Shown here: in pieces, positions 1 through 9,586 of the stretch | Position numbering within the stretch: the stretch's first letter is position 1 | Layout: each line of letters begins with the position of its first letter | DNA from: Butyricicoccus sp. Marseille-Q5471 | GTDB taxonomy: Bacteria; Bacillota; Clostridia; Oscillospirales; Butyricicoccaceae | Direction of reading: 5' to 3' | Assembly (NCBI RefSeq): GCF_951230135.1 | Contig: NZ_CATNVC010000001.1 | Span: 76,746 to 140,745, forward strand | Length of the DNA: 64,000 nucleotides | Position numbers and translations under genes: made by a program | The notes under the pieces: generated by a model | Database searches by the model: none | Told to the model about the DNA's origin: nothing | Seen by the model: the letters and a program-made list of their open reading frames with translations, nothing else

Positions 1-488
1 AGCTGAACGAGTGCCCCCGCCCGCCCCAACACATACAGCAGCATGCTGCATATCATCGCGGCAATGCCATCCCGCACCGAGCCGCCGAAAAACATGGCAA
101 ACGAACCTGCGACGAGCAGATAGGCCAGCACAGTTGTCCACGACTGTCCATTCGGCGCATCAGCGATTTGTTGGATACGCGCACGCAGCTGTTCCAGCGG
201 CAGCGGCGCAGCACAGACCGCGCGGGACAGGGCATTGACCTGATCAATCCGCCTCATGTCGGTTTCCCGACGAGTGACGCGCCGCGTCTGCGTCAGAATC
301 TCTCCGCTGCGGTGCCGCGCTGTGACGACCATGCTTGCTGTGATGGTCAGCACATCGGCACGCTCAAAGCCGTAGGAGCGTGCCATGCGCGCCATCGTAT
401 CCTCCACGCGGCCGACCTCTGCCCCCGCAGTGAGCAGCAGCTCGCCCGCATCTAAAATACAGCTTAAAATCTGCTCGTTTTGTTCCAT
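1..488 (-). CDS. Threonine/serine exporter (ThrE/DUF1212) family membrane protein, N-terminal part; 3' end lies beyond the left window edge
   Basis: Minus-strand frame is open from ATG at 488 (RBS GAGGGAAAGG upstream) to position 1 without a stop. Translation MEQNEQILSCILDAGELLLTAGAEVGRVEDTMARMARSYGFERADVL... resembles the DUF1212/ThrE N-terminal domain. Not in the ORF track because no stop falls in the window. Confidence 0.6.
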   Translation of the reverse strand, partial: MEQNEQILSCILDAGELLLTAGAEVGRVEDTMARMARSYGFERADVLTITASMVVTARHRSGEILTQTRRVTRRETDMRRIDQVNALSRAVCAAPLPLEQLRARIQQIADAPNGQSWTTVLAYLLVAGSFAMFFGGSVRDGIAAMICSMLLYVLGRAGALVQ

Positions 489-503
489 GTTTCCTTTCCC
501 TCG

Positions 504-2033
504 TTACAGCATCGGCGCGAACAAACGCAGCACGGAAGCCGCAACCGAGCGCACCCACGGTACGCGGTGCAGCCATGCGTCATCAATCAGGCGGCTTTTG
601 GCCATCACGTCCAGCGAATCCTGCTTCACTGCTTCGACCACCGGATCGTCATAAAAACAGGTCGCGCATTCAAAATGCAGGAAGAACGATCGAAAATCCA
701 TATTAATCGTACCGACAATACAGGTATCATCATCTGAAACAATGCTTTTCGCGTGAAGAAAACCGGGTTTATACTCATAAATCTTTACGCCTGCACGATG
801 CAGCTGCTGATAGTAGGAACGCGTAATCATATAAACCAGCTTTTTATCCGGAATACCGGGCGTCATGATGCGCACATCTACGCCCGACTGCGCCGCAATA
901 GTAAGCGCGGTAATCATTTCATTGTCAAGCACCAGATACGGCGTTGCAATATAAACATATTTGCGCGCCGTGTGCACGATTTGCAGATAAACCGCCTCGC
1001 CAACGTTCAAATCGTCCAGCGGTGAATCCGCAAAGGACTGCACATAGCCCCGTCCCGGCATTTTCACCGATGGCAGATAAAAATCCATCGGCGGCACAGG
1101 TTCTCCGGTTACATATTCCCACATCTGCAAAAAGAGTGAGGTCATGTTCGCCGTACCATCGCCGCGCAGCATGATGCCGGTATCCTTCCAGTGACCGAAG
1201 CGCTGCTTGACGTTGATGTATTCGTCGGCCAGATTGATGCCGCCCATATAGCCCACATTGCCGTCAATCACCATGATTTTGCGGTGATTGCGGTAATTGA
1301 GGTAGGTATTGAGTGTCGGAATAAAGCGATTAAAGCGCACCGCGCGAATGCCAAGTGAGCACAAATGCCGATCATAATTCATCGGGAGCGTTGCGATCGA
1401 GCCAACATCGTCATACAGCACGCGCACATCCACGCCCTCCCGCACCTTCTGACACAGGATATCCAGAATCGTATTCCACATTACGCCTTCTTCAATGATG
1501 AAATACTCAAGAAAAATAAATTTCTCGGCTTTGCGCAATTCTTCACACATTGAAGCGAACATATCCTCACCCACGCGGTAATAATGGGACTCTGTATTGC
1601 TCCAAACCGGCATACCGTCCAAGTTTTCAATATACCGAGCAGGTGCTGCATGCCGTGGTCGCTCCTCCGCCAACTGTTCTGTCATCGGCGTGCGCAGATA
1701 GGTGCGGAAATCAGGTGGATTCGGCTCATACTTATGCTGGGTGCGCGCCCGGTTAAAGGGCGTGTTGCCCCAGAGCAGATAGAAGAGTCCACCGAATAAC
1801 GGCAGTGTCAAAATCATGATAATCCATGTGATTTTATAGGTCGGGTTATCATATTTTCGCACCAACCAGATTACCATAATGATACTAAGCACCGTCAGCA
1901 TATTGTAAACCCAACGCCAGTTTACACTTGCACGCCCCACACTGTACATGACGATAACAAACTGCGCCAATACCAGCAGCGCCCCAACAAAGCGGCGATC
2001 ACTGAACAGGCGGCCAAAAGTTTTCCGCATCAT
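504..2033 (-). CDS. cls: Cardiolipin synthase (phospholipase D family, two HKD motifs)
   Basis: 509 aa with N-terminal TM helices and two HxK(x)4D motifs (HRKIMVIDG, HAKSIVSDD), typical of bacterial Cls. Confidence 0.9.
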   Translation of the reverse strand: MMRKTFGRLFSDRRFVGALLVLAQFVIVMYSVGRASVNWRWVYNMLTVLSIIMVIWLVRKYDNPTYKITWIIMILTLPLFGGLFYLLWGNTPFNRARTQHKYEPNPPDFRTYLRTPMTEQLAEERPRHAAPARYIENLDGMPVWSNTESHYYRVGEDMFASMCEELRKAEKFIFLEYFIIEEGVMWNTILDILCQKVREGVDVRVLYDDVGSIATLPMNYDRHLCSLGIRAVRFNRFIPTLNTYLNYRNHRKIMVIDGNVGYMGGINLADEYINVKQRFGHWKDTGIMLRGDGTANMTSLFLQMWEYVTGEPVPPMDFYLPSVKMPGRGYVQSFADSPLDDLNVGEAVYLQIVHTARKYVYIATPYLVLDNEMITALTIAAQSGVDVRIMTPGIPDKKLVYMITRSYYQQLHRAGVKIYEYKPGFLHAKSIVSDDDTCIVGTINMDFRSFFLHFECATCFYDDPVVEAVKQDSLDVMAKSRLIDDAWLHRVPWVRSVAASVLRLFAPML

Positions 2034-2178
2034 ACACCTCCTTCATATAAATACAATTTTTCTACAAATCTCATGATATCGCACATGACGACAAAAGTCA
2101 ACGCGGTGACATTGCCCACCAGTTAAATCTGTGATAGAATAAGTATTATATTTCGTCTTCACAGGAGGATTCCTTGAT

Positions 2179-3378
2179 ATGCCGCATACCGCAGTACCCG
2201 CAGCCGAGCTTTCGGCACGCCTGAGCCGTCTGCGTCAGGCGCTCTGCGCCCAGGCCCCTGACTGGTCCATGGTTATTCTCGACCATAAAATCAATTTATA
2301 TTACCTGACCGGCACAATGCAGGATGGCGCGCTCGTCATTACGCCGGATGAAGCTGTGTTTTTCGTGCGCCGCTCCTACGAATGCGCCAAGGCGGATTCA
2401 CTCTTCCCCGACCTGCGTCCGATGGGCAGTTTTCGCACCATTGCGGAAGCATTCCCGCACATACCCGAGACAGTCTATGTTGAAACCCGCACAATGACGC
2501 TGCAAAAGCTTTCCATGCTGCAAAAGTATCTGCCGTTTGCCCGCACCAAGTCGGTAGACAGCGTTCTTTCCGGTCTGCGCGCAACCAAGAGCGAATATGA
2601 GCTCACCTGTATGCGCACTGCCGGTCAAATGCATGCCGCGGTTTTGGAGCGGATTGTTCCCTCCCTCGTGCGCCGGGATGTGAGCGAAGCGCGGCTGTGC
2701 GGTGAAATCTGCACTGCCCTGCTTGAACACGGTGCGATGGGTATTTCGCGGTTTAATCAGCCGATGGCCGAGGATGTGCTCGGCGTCTGCTCCTTCGGCG
2801 CACACGGCCTGTGCAGCGCGGCACTCGACAGTCCTTCCGGCACAATCGGCACCTGTATCGCAATGAAGTCCATCGGCTCATGTGAGCGCCGCCTTGCGGT
2901 GGACGAGCTGATTCTGCTGGATATTCCAAGCGGTTTTCGTGGTTATCACACGGACAAAAGCATGACCTATTTCTATGGCGATTGGTCCCGCCATCCGCAG
3001 GGGGCGCTCATCCGCGCGGCACATGACCAGTGTGTGTTGGTCGAACGCTGTGCCGCGCAGCGCATGGTGCCCGGCGCTGTGCCTTCTGAAATCTACGCCG
3101 AGCTGACCGCCATGATTGACCCCGCCTTCCGGGAAGGCTTCATGAACGGCGCCAAGTTCTTGGGGCACTCCATCGGCCTGACCATGGACGAAACCCCTGT
3201 GTTGGCGCGCGGCTTTGATGCGCCTCTTGCTGCCGGCATGACCTTTGCGGTCGAGCCGAAAATCGCGCTGCCCGGCATCGGCCTGATCGGCACAGAAAAC
3301 ACTTATGAGATTTGCGTTTCCGGACCTGCCCAGTCGCTTACAGGCACGCCGGATGCGGACTGGGAAATCAACGACTGA
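2179..3378 (+). CDS. M24 family metallopeptidase (Xaa-Pro aminopeptidase/creatinase-like)
   Basis: 399 aa with a creatinase-like N-terminus and a C-terminal pita-bread domain (FAVEPKIALPGIGLIGTENTYEI). RBS AGGAGG precedes the ATG. Confidence 0.8.
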   Translation: MPHTAVPAAELSARLSRLRQALCAQAPDWSMVILDHKINLYYLTGTMQDGALVITPDEAVFFVRRSYECAKADSLFPDLRPMGSFRTIAEAFPHIPETVYVETRTMTLQKLSMLQKYLPFARTKSVDSVLSGLRATKSEYELTCMRTAGQMHAAVLERIVPSLVRRDVSEARLCGEICTALLEHGAMGISRFNQPMAEDVLGVCSFGAHGLCSAALDSPSGTIGTCIAMKSIGSCERRLAVDELILLDIPSGFRGYHTDKSMTYFYGDWSRHPQGALIRAAHDQCVLVERCAAQRMVPGAVPSEIYAELTAMIDPAFREGFMNGAKFLGHSIGLTMDETPVLARGFDAPLAAGMTFAVEPKIALPGIGLIGTENTYEICVSGPAQSLTGTPDADWEIND

Positions 3379-3384
3379 CGAGAA

Positions 3385-4269
3385 ATGAGGAAAATCATGC
3401 AAAATTTTGTACTGGTCACCGACTCTACCATTGACGAGTCCGCTGCCTATTTCGCACAGCACGATATCAAGTGCGCCCCCCTCTCCTTCACGATTGACGA
3501 CCGCACGACTGAAGAGGACAGCTTCCAGACCATTTCCTACAAGCAGTTTTACGACCTGCTGCGTGCCGGAAAAATGTCCTCCACCTCGCAGGCCAAGCTG
3601 GAAACTTTTCTAAAGCTTTTCCGTCAGGCGCTTGAAGGCGGTCAGGACGTGCTGTATGTCGGCTTTTCCGCAGGTTTGTCCGGCTCTTATGACGCAGGCT
3701 GCATGGCGCGGGACGAACTCGCCCCCGAATTCCCGGATCGCAAGATTATCTGCGTTAACACCCTGTCTGCCACCGGCGGCGAGCGCATCCTCGTAGATAA
3801 GGCGCGCGAGCTGCGCGACAGCGGCTGCTCAGCCGAGGTAACCGCCGAGGCCATCGAGCAAATTCGCCGCCACGTGATTCATTTAATCACCGTGAATGAT
3901 TTGGGGCACCTGCATCGCGGCGGCCGACTGAGCCGCACCTCGGCTGTTGTCGGCAGTCTGCTCGGTATCAAGCCGATTATCTGGGTCAACGACGAAGGCA
4001 AGCTTGGCGTCGGCCACAAGGTGCGCGGACGCCAGAAGGCCATTGAATATCTTGCCGACCGCACCATCCGTGAAATTGCGGACAAGAATCAGGTCGTGCG
4101 CATCTGCCACGGCGACTGCGAGGCTGATGCCGATTTGCTGGCTGCCCGCCTGCTTGAAAAGGGCGGCATCCACTCGGAGAAGCAGATTGTCGGCACGGTA
4201 ATCGGCTCGCACACCGGTCCCGGTGTTTTGGTCTGCAACTTTATCGGCGGTGACCGCACGCCGGATTAA
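3385..4269 (+). CDS. DegV family fatty-acid-binding protein
   Basis: 294 aa starting MQNFVLVTDSTIDES, with the canonical DegV N-terminus and length. Confidence 0.85.
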   Translation: MRKIMQNFVLVTDSTIDESAAYFAQHDIKCAPLSFTIDDRTTEEDSFQTISYKQFYDLLRAGKMSSTSQAKLETFLKLFRQALEGGQDVLYVGFSAGLSGSYDAGCMARDELAPEFPDRKIICVNTLSATGGERILVDKARELRDSGCSAEVTAEAIEQIRRHVIHLITVNDLGHLHRGGRLSRTSAVVGSLLGIKPIIWVNDEGKLGVGHKVRGRQKAIEYLADRTIREIADKNQVVRICHGDCEADADLLAARLLEKGGIHSEKQIVGTVIGSHTGPGVLVCNFIGGDRTPD

Positions 4270-4308
4270 AATAAAAAGGCTCCCGCCACACGGCGGGAGC
4301 TTTTTTAT
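4270..4308. terminator. Bidirectional rho-independent terminator between degV-like (+) and AraC (-)
   Basis: GCTCCCGCC...GGCGGGAGC stem flanked by an A-tract upstream and a T-tract downstream. Confidence 0.8.
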
Positions 4309-5225
4309 TGCGTCGTTTGTAAAAACTGCTTGCGGTAAATGCTCGGGGCATAGCCGGTGTGTTTGCTGAAAATCGTACTGAAATGATTTGGACTGTCAAA
4401 CCCAATTTGTCCGGCGATATCAGCAATGGGCAGCTTGGTCGTGAGCAACAGTGACTGTGCCTCGCCGATGCGCCGACGCATGACATACTGCATGGGTGAA
4501 TAGCCGCTGAATTCCTTAAAAAGATGCGATGCATAATACGGGCTGATGCCTGCCTGCGTCGCCACATGCTCCAGAGAAATATCCTCGGCATAGTGCGTGT
4601 CAATATACTCCCGCATCAGGTTCACCTGTGCCGATTCGGGCTGCTCACCCATCTGCTCCTCATATCCCAGCTGCGTAATCATGAGCAGCAGCGCAGGCAG
4701 CAAGTGTGCGATGATTTCTTCGCTGTGCGGACGCGGCTCGGTCGCATGAACATAAATCATGCGAAACATAGCCTCAAACTCGTCGAACCGTGAACCGGTA
4801 TGCAGCAGTGCCGACGCCCCGCGCGGCAGAAGGCAGTTTTCCGGCAGTCCGGTAATGCGCAGGTTCTCCACCCCGCAGCAGTATATGTGCTCCATACTGT
4901 CCGCTTGCGCCGCATCCTCATGCACAACGCCTGTATTATATACCAGTACGTCTCCGCGCTTGGTGTGCAGCGTCTCGCCGCCGACCATATGCAGGCCGTG
5001 TCCTTCCACTGTGAGCAGCACCTCGCACTGGTTATGATGCCGGTGCATCGTGCGGGCGACTTGATCATGTTCATATGTCCATAGACTGACGTGCGCCAGT
5101 CTCGGCTGATTATCCTCCGCCAGCTTTTTCGCCTTGGCAGACTTTGTTATAATTTGCGGCATTGTGTTTCCCCCTTGGCTCCTCTTTTTATTATCGCAGA
5201 GGAAGCATGCCAAGTCTAAGTGCAA
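4305..5225 (-). CDS. AraC family transcriptional regulator (cupin sensor + C-terminal HTH)
   Basis: The C-terminus carries the AraC HTH signature (GISPYYASHLFKEFSGYSPMQYVMRRRIGEAQSLL...IGFDSPNHFSTIFSKHTGYAPSIYRK). The N-terminus is a cupin. Confidence 0.85.
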   Translation of the reverse strand: MHLDLACFLCDNKKRSQGGNTMPQIITKSAKAKKLAEDNQPRLAHVSLWTYEHDQVARTMHRHHNQCEVLLTVEGHGLHMVGGETLHTKRGDVLVYNTGVVHEDAAQADSMEHIYCCGVENLRITGLPENCLLPRGASALLHTGSRFDEFEAMFRMIYVHATEPRPHSEEIIAHLLPALLLMITQLGYEEQMGEQPESAQVNLMREYIDTHYAEDISLEHVATQAGISPYYASHLFKEFSGYSPMQYVMRRRIGEAQSLLLTTKLPIADIAGQIGFDSPNHFSTIFSKHTGYAPSIYRKQFLQTTQ

Positions 5226-5255
5226 TTTGCCTAAAATTTTGCTTCGTTCTTTGTA

Positions 5256-5291
5256 TGAAAAAACCCGCCGTTTGTTTCGGCGGGTTTTTGT
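5256..5291. terminator. Bidirectional intrinsic terminator
   Basis: AACCCGCCG-tttgtttc-CGGCGGGTT hairpin with a flanking A-tract and T-tract. Confidence 0.75.
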
Positions 5292-5297
5292 ATTGCC

Positions 5298-5924
5298 TTA
5301 GGGTTGGAAACGCTCACGGGTTTCCAGATACTGCACGATGGCTTCGACCGTGCCGTCAAATCCGAGCACGGCGGAATTAATCGATAAATCGTAATTGAGC
5401 GCATCCTTCCATTCCTGGCCGGTATATCGCTTATAGTAGGCCGCGCGGTATGCGTCCACCTCGGCAATTTTCTTTTTCACCTCGCGCTCGGGCAGCGAAT
5501 CGACCTTCATTGCCTCCTGCAGGCAGAAGTCCTCCGGCGCATGGACGAACACGCGAGCCACGTCCTTACGCTCGCGCAGCACATAGTCCGCACAGCGGCC
5601 AATCATCACGCACGGGCCTTTGTCCGCCAGTTCGCGAATGATTTTAGCCTGATACTCAAACAGATTATTCTCATCGGTAAAGCCACCCTGTTCAGGGCTG
5701 ACCGGCTTGCCGCCCTTGCCGCTGTATCTGTTGCGCAGGCGGGTGAGCAAATCCGGCTTCAGGCGCTCATCGCTGAACAGCAGCGTGTTAATGCCGCTGT
5801 CCTCCGAAGCCATTGTGATGATTTCGCGGTTATAACACGGAATGCCCAGACGCGTGGCCAAACGCTGACCGATTGTCTTGCCGCCCGAACCGTATTGGCG
5901 GGCAATCGTTATGATATACGACAT
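5298..5924 (-). CDS. Cytidylate kinase-like family protein (AAA/P-loop NMP kinase fold)
   Basis: True start is MSYIITIARQYGSGGKTIG (ATG at 5924, RBS AAGGGGGAAAGGG). The ORF-track N-terminal extension to 6167 overlaps livF and is rejected. Confidence 0.65.
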   Translation of the reverse strand: MSYIITIARQYGSGGKTIGQRLATRLGIPCYNREIITMASEDSGINTLLFSDERLKPDLLTRLRNRYSGKGGKPVSPEQGGFTDENNLFEYQAKIIRELADKGPCVMIGRCADYVLRERKDVARVFVHAPEDFCLQEAMKVDSLPEREVKKKIAEVDAYRAAYYKRYTGQEWKDALNYDLSINSAVLGFDGTVEAIVQYLETRERFQP

Positions 5925-5937
5925 ATCCCTTTCCCCC

Positions 5938-6645
5938 TTATTCACCCAAGTACGCTTGCTTAATCGAGTCATCGTCAAGCAGAAGCTTTGCCTCGCCCGA
6001 TTTGACGACCTTGCCGGTCTCCAAAACATAGGCGCGGTCTGCAATGGAAAGCGCCTTCTTTGCGTTCTGCTCAACCAACAGCACGGTGGTGCCTGCCGCC
6101 GAAACCTCTTCAATAATCTTGAAGATTTCGCTGACAAACAGAGGCGACAGACCCATGGAGGGTTCATCCAGCAGCAGAATTTTGGGACGGCTCATCAGCG
6201 CGCGACCCATAGCAAGCATCTGCTGCTCGCCGCCGGACAGGGTGCCGGCGAACTGATTCTTGCGCTCCTCCAGTCTCGGGAAACGCTTGTAAACCCCCGC
6301 GAGCGACTCGGCGATTTCAGCCTTGGGACGGGTATATGCGCCCATTTTGAGGTTTTCATACACCGACAGCTCAGCAAACACGCGGCGGCCTTCCGGCACA
6401 TGGCTCATGCCCAGACGGACAATCTCATGTCCGGGTTTCTTTGTAATGTCATTTCCTTCAAAAATCACCTGACCACTTTTCGCAGGCAGCAGGCCGGTGA
6501 CCGTGTGCAGCGTAGTGGTTTTGCCCGCGCCGTTCGCGCCGATGAGCGCGACAACCTCGCCCTGTTCAACCTCGAAGGAAACGTCGCGGATTGCGTGAAT
6601 CAGGCCATAATAGACGTTTAGGTTTTTGACTTCCAACATTGCCAT
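5938..6645 (-). CDS. livF: Branched-chain amino acid ABC transporter ATP-binding protein LivF
   Basis: MAMLEVKNLNVYYG..., Walker A GANGAGKTT and the LSGGEQQ signature. ATG at 6645 has RBS AAGGAGGGG. The ORF-track start at 6744 is rejected. Confidence 0.9.
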   Translation of the reverse strand: MAMLEVKNLNVYYGLIHAIRDVSFEVEQGEVVALIGANGAGKTTTLHTVTGLLPAKSGQVIFEGNDITKKPGHEIVRLGMSHVPEGRRVFAELSVYENLKMGAYTRPKAEIAESLAGVYKRFPRLEERKNQFAGTLSGGEQQMLAMGRALMSRPKILLLDEPSMGLSPLFVSEIFKIIEEVSAAGTTVLLVEQNAKKALSIADRAYVLETGKVVKSGEAKLLLDDDSIKQAYLGE

Positions 6646-6664
6646 ATCGCTTTGTTCCCCTCCT

Positions 6665-7432
6665 TTATTCGCCCAGATAGGCCGTAACGACCTCGGGATT
6701 CGACAGCACCTCAGCCGGTGTGCCCTCTGCGAGCTCGCGGCCAAAGTTCAATACGTACAGGTATTCGCAGATGCCGGAAACGAGCTTCATATCATGCTCA
6801 ATCAGCAGAATGGTCACACCGAATTTGCTGCGCACCAGCTGAATGGTTTCCATCAACTCAGCCGTCTCATTCGGGTTCATGCCGGCAGCCGGCTCGTCGA
6901 GCAGCAGCAGCTTGGGCTCGGTCGCAAGTGCACGGGCAATCTCCAGCTTGCGCTGCTTGCCATAGGGCAGGTTGGCCGCTTTATAATCGGCCATGCCGTC
7001 CAAATCGAACACCTTGAGGATGTCCAACGCCTTTTCATTCATCTGCGTCTCTTTTTTGCGGTAAGAGCCGAGATGAAACAAGCTTTCCGCCAGCGTATAC
7101 GTAATCTTATTGTGCAGACCGGCCTTGACATTATCAAGCACGGTCAGCTTGGGAAACAGACGGATGTTCTGGAAGGTACGTGCCACACCCATTTGACAGA
7201 TTTCATGCGGCTTCTTACCGATGAGGTTTTCGCCATCCAGACGGATGCCGCCATCCGTCGGACGGTACACACCGGTCAGCATATTGAACACGGTCGTCTT
7301 GCCTGCGCCGTTCGGGCCGATCAGGCCGACCAGACCGCCTTCTTCGATTTTCATACTCAGTTCGTCGACGGCGCGCAGGCCGCCAAACGAAATGCCCAGT
7401 TCGGTCACTTCAAGCATTGCCATGTTACGCAC
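6665..7432 (-). CDS. livG: Branched-chain amino acid ABC transporter ATP-binding protein LivG
   Basis: Walker A GPNGAGKTT and a LivG-type C-terminus (TPAEVLSNPEVVTAYLG). Sits adjacent to livF and livM. Confidence 0.9.
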   Translation of the reverse strand: MRNMAMLEVTELGISFGGLRAVDELSMKIEEGGLVGLIGPNGAGKTTVFNMLTGVYRPTDGGIRLDGENLIGKKPHEICQMGVARTFQNIRLFPKLTVLDNVKAGLHNKITYTLAESLFHLGSYRKKETQMNEKALDILKVFDLDGMADYKAANLPYGKQRKLEIARALATEPKLLLLDEPAAGMNPNETAELMETIQLVRSKFGVTILLIEHDMKLVSGICEYLYVLNFGRELAEGTPAEVLSNPEVVTAYLGE

Positions 7433-8495
7433 CCCCCTTTTCGGACTTTTCGAGCTTCTCCATCTGCTTCATGCCGCGCTTGTCGAGCATACGCTGCTTG
7501 ATGCCGGAGTTGTTAAACAGCATCATAGCGATCAGCAAAATGGCATACAGCAGCATGCGGTAATCGCGCACCGGACGCAGCAGTTCAGGCAGCACGGTCA
7601 GCACTGCCGCACCGATCATCGAGCCCCAAATATTGCCCAGACCGCCGAGCACGACGAACACGAGCACCAGAATCGAGGTGTTGAAATCGAACTTAGAGGC
7701 AACAACCGTGGAGTAATTCATCGCGTACAGCGTGCCAGCCATACCGGCAAGCGCAGCCGAGACGACAAACGCCAGCAGCTTGTAGCGCGTGGTCGAAATG
7801 CCAATCGATTCAGCGGCAATCTTATTGTCGCGCACGGCCATGATGGCACGGCCCGCGCGGCTGTTAATCAGGTTCAGCACGAGGAACAGCGTAATCACCA
7901 CCAACACAATACCCGAGGTGAAGGTCGAAATTTTCTGGATGCCGGACACGCCCATCGGGCCGTTGATAATCATTTTGCCGCCCTCGCCCAGCTCAAAGCC
8001 CTGTTCGAGCAGGCTGAAATGCAATCCGGATGCATCGCGGCCAATATACAGCACGTTTACGATGTTCTTGATGATTTCGCCAAATGCCAAGGTCACAATA
8101 GCGAGGTAGTCGCCCTTCAGACGCAGCACAGGCACGCCGACGATGACACCCGCAACAGCAGCGCACACAGCGGCAACCAGCATCGCAATCGCCAGACGCA
8201 GCGGCGCGGACGGAATCACATCGGCCAGACTGCTTGTGACTACAATGCCGGCGAACGCGCCGACCGACATAAAGCCCGCATGGCCGAGCGACAGCTCGCC
8301 CAGTACGCCGACAGTCAGGTTCAGCGAAACCGCCATGATAATATAGGCGCAAATCGGCACAAGCTGACCCTTCAGCGAGTTGTTAATCAGGCCGCCCGCA
8401 ATCATCGCCTGTACGACGATGAAGAACACGGCAGCCAAGCCGTAGCAAATCACATTGTCACGTGTGCTGGGGGACAAATTTTTCAGTTTTTTCAT
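7425..8495 (-). CDS. livM: Branched-chain amino acid ABC transporter permease LivM
   Basis: Polytopic permease. Start is MKKLKNLSP at 8495 with RBS GAGGTGGG. Confidence 0.85.
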   Translation of the reverse strand: MKKLKNLSPSTRDNVICYGLAAVFFIVVQAMIAGGLINNSLKGQLVPICAYIIMAVSLNLTVGVLGELSLGHAGFMSVGAFAGIVVTSSLADVIPSAPLRLAIAMLVAAVCAAVAGVIVGVPVLRLKGDYLAIVTLAFGEIIKNIVNVLYIGRDASGLHFSLLEQGFELGEGGKMIINGPMGVSGIQKISTFTSGIVLVVITLFLVLNLINSRAGRAIMAVRDNKIAAESIGISTTRYKLLAFVVSAALAGMAGTLYAMNYSTVVASKFDFNTSILVLVFVVLGGLGNIWGSMIGAAVLTVLPELLRPVRDYRMLLYAILLIAMMLFNNSGIKQRMLDKRGMKQMEKLEKSEKGGA

Positions 8496-8505
8496 TTTGC
8501 CCACC

Positions 8506-9387
8506 TCACACTTTCTCGTTTCTATGCTTGCCAAGCAGTCCGTCCGGCTTGACCAGCAGCACGACGATCAGCATGGCGAACACAATCGCGTCCGACAACT
8601 GGGTCGATATGTACGCCTTGGAAAAAATCTCGATCACGCCGAGCAGAATACCGCCCAGCATTGCGCCGGGAATCGAACCGATGCCGCCGAATACCGCTGC
8701 GGTAAATGCCTTGATGCCGGGCATGGAGCCTGTGGTCGGCATCAGGGTCGGATAGGCCGAGCACAGCAGCACGCCCGCGATGGCGGCCAGACCCGAGCCG
8801 ATTGCAAAAGTGACCGAAATTGTCGTATTCACATTAATACCCATCAGCTGTGCTGCGCCCTTGTCCTCAGAAACGGCGCGCATTGCCGTGCCCATCTTGG
8901 TCTTGGTGGTGAACAGCGTCAGCGCAACCATGATGACTACGCAGGCCAACACCGTTACCAGTGTGACATGCGAAATGGACAGCTGACCGTCAAACAGCTT
9001 GACTGCGCCGCCGCCCACAACGGACGTAAAGCTTTTGGGGTTGGAGGTCCAGATGAGCAGCGCTGCATTCTGGAGGAAGTAGGACACGCCGATTGCCGTA
9101 ATCAGCACCGCCAGAGACGGCGCCATACGCAGCGGCTTATAAGCCAGGCGTTCAATCGTAACGCCGAGCACCGTACAAACAACGATTGCCAGAACAACGC
9201 TCATCAGCGGGGACCAACCCATATAGGAGGTCCCGCAGAACGACATATACGCGCCGATCATGATTACATCGCCGTGGGCGAAGTTGAGCATCTTGGCGAT
9301 GCCGTAAACCATGGTGTAGCCGAGCGCGATGATGGCGTAAACGCTTCCCAGACTGATACCGCTGATCAGATAGGATAAGAAGGTCAT
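8506..9387 (-). CDS. livH: Branched-chain amino acid ABC transporter permease LivH
   Basis: LivH-type permease (MTFLSYLISGISLGSVYAIIALGYTMVYG). ATG at 9387 is preceded by GAGGTG. Confidence 0.85.
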   Translation of the reverse strand: MTFLSYLISGISLGSVYAIIALGYTMVYGIAKMLNFAHGDVIMIGAYMSFCGTSYMGWSPLMSVVLAIVVCTVLGVTIERLAYKPLRMAPSLAVLITAIGVSYFLQNAALLIWTSNPKSFTSVVGGGAVKLFDGQLSISHVTLVTVLACVVIMVALTLFTTKTKMGTAMRAVSEDKGAAQLMGINVNTTISVTFAIGSGLAAIAGVLLCSAYPTLMPTTGSMPGIKAFTAAVFGGIGSIPGAMLGGILLGVIEIFSKAYISTQLSDAIVFAMLIVVLLVKPDGLLGKHRNEKV

Positions 9388-9510
9388 GCTATACACCTCA
9401 TTCAAATCTTTTAATTTCTCTTACATACATACCCGTTTCATATGGGGTGGGGCTGGGGCTTGTTTCTGCCCCGGGACAAGCCTCCGCCCCGCCCCATATT
9501 CGTGGTCGCG

Positions 9511-9557
9511 GAGCAAAAAAAGCAAAAGAGGGCCGTCGCTGTATATACGGCGCCCTC
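9511..9557 (-). terminator. Intrinsic (probably partial) terminator after livK
   Basis: Minus-strand RNA forms a GAGGGCGCCG...CGGCCCUC GC-rich hairpin followed by UUUUGCUUUUUUU, immediately 3' of the livK stop. This is the usual binding-protein/permease stoichiometry control seen in liv operons. Confidence 0.6.
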
Positions 9558-9586
9558 CTTTGCTCTTCTTTGAGTCTTCTTTTAAA

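Noticed and set aside
5925-6167. ORF-track N-terminal extensions (cytidylate-kinase-like to 6167; livF to 6744; accC to 37723; SCIFF maturase to 18581; fabD from 42444; yajC to 19644; rsmB to 59933; floT to 32723; TetR to 23386; HD to 15898; fabK to 41405)
   Set aside because: The extensions overlap upstream genes and have no RBS, while the internal starts have good SDs and match known family N-termini. Corrected starts are used in the features.
7221-8552. Long plus-strand ORFs antisense to livM, livH and livK (7221..8552 443 aa; 8455..9378 307 aa; 9386..10900 504 aa) with Arg/His/Gln-rich low-complexity translations
   Set aside because: They lie antisense to well-supported ABC transporter genes in a high-GC genome. 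They show no RBS and no domain signatures, and their composition is biased. These are typical GC-frame artefacts.
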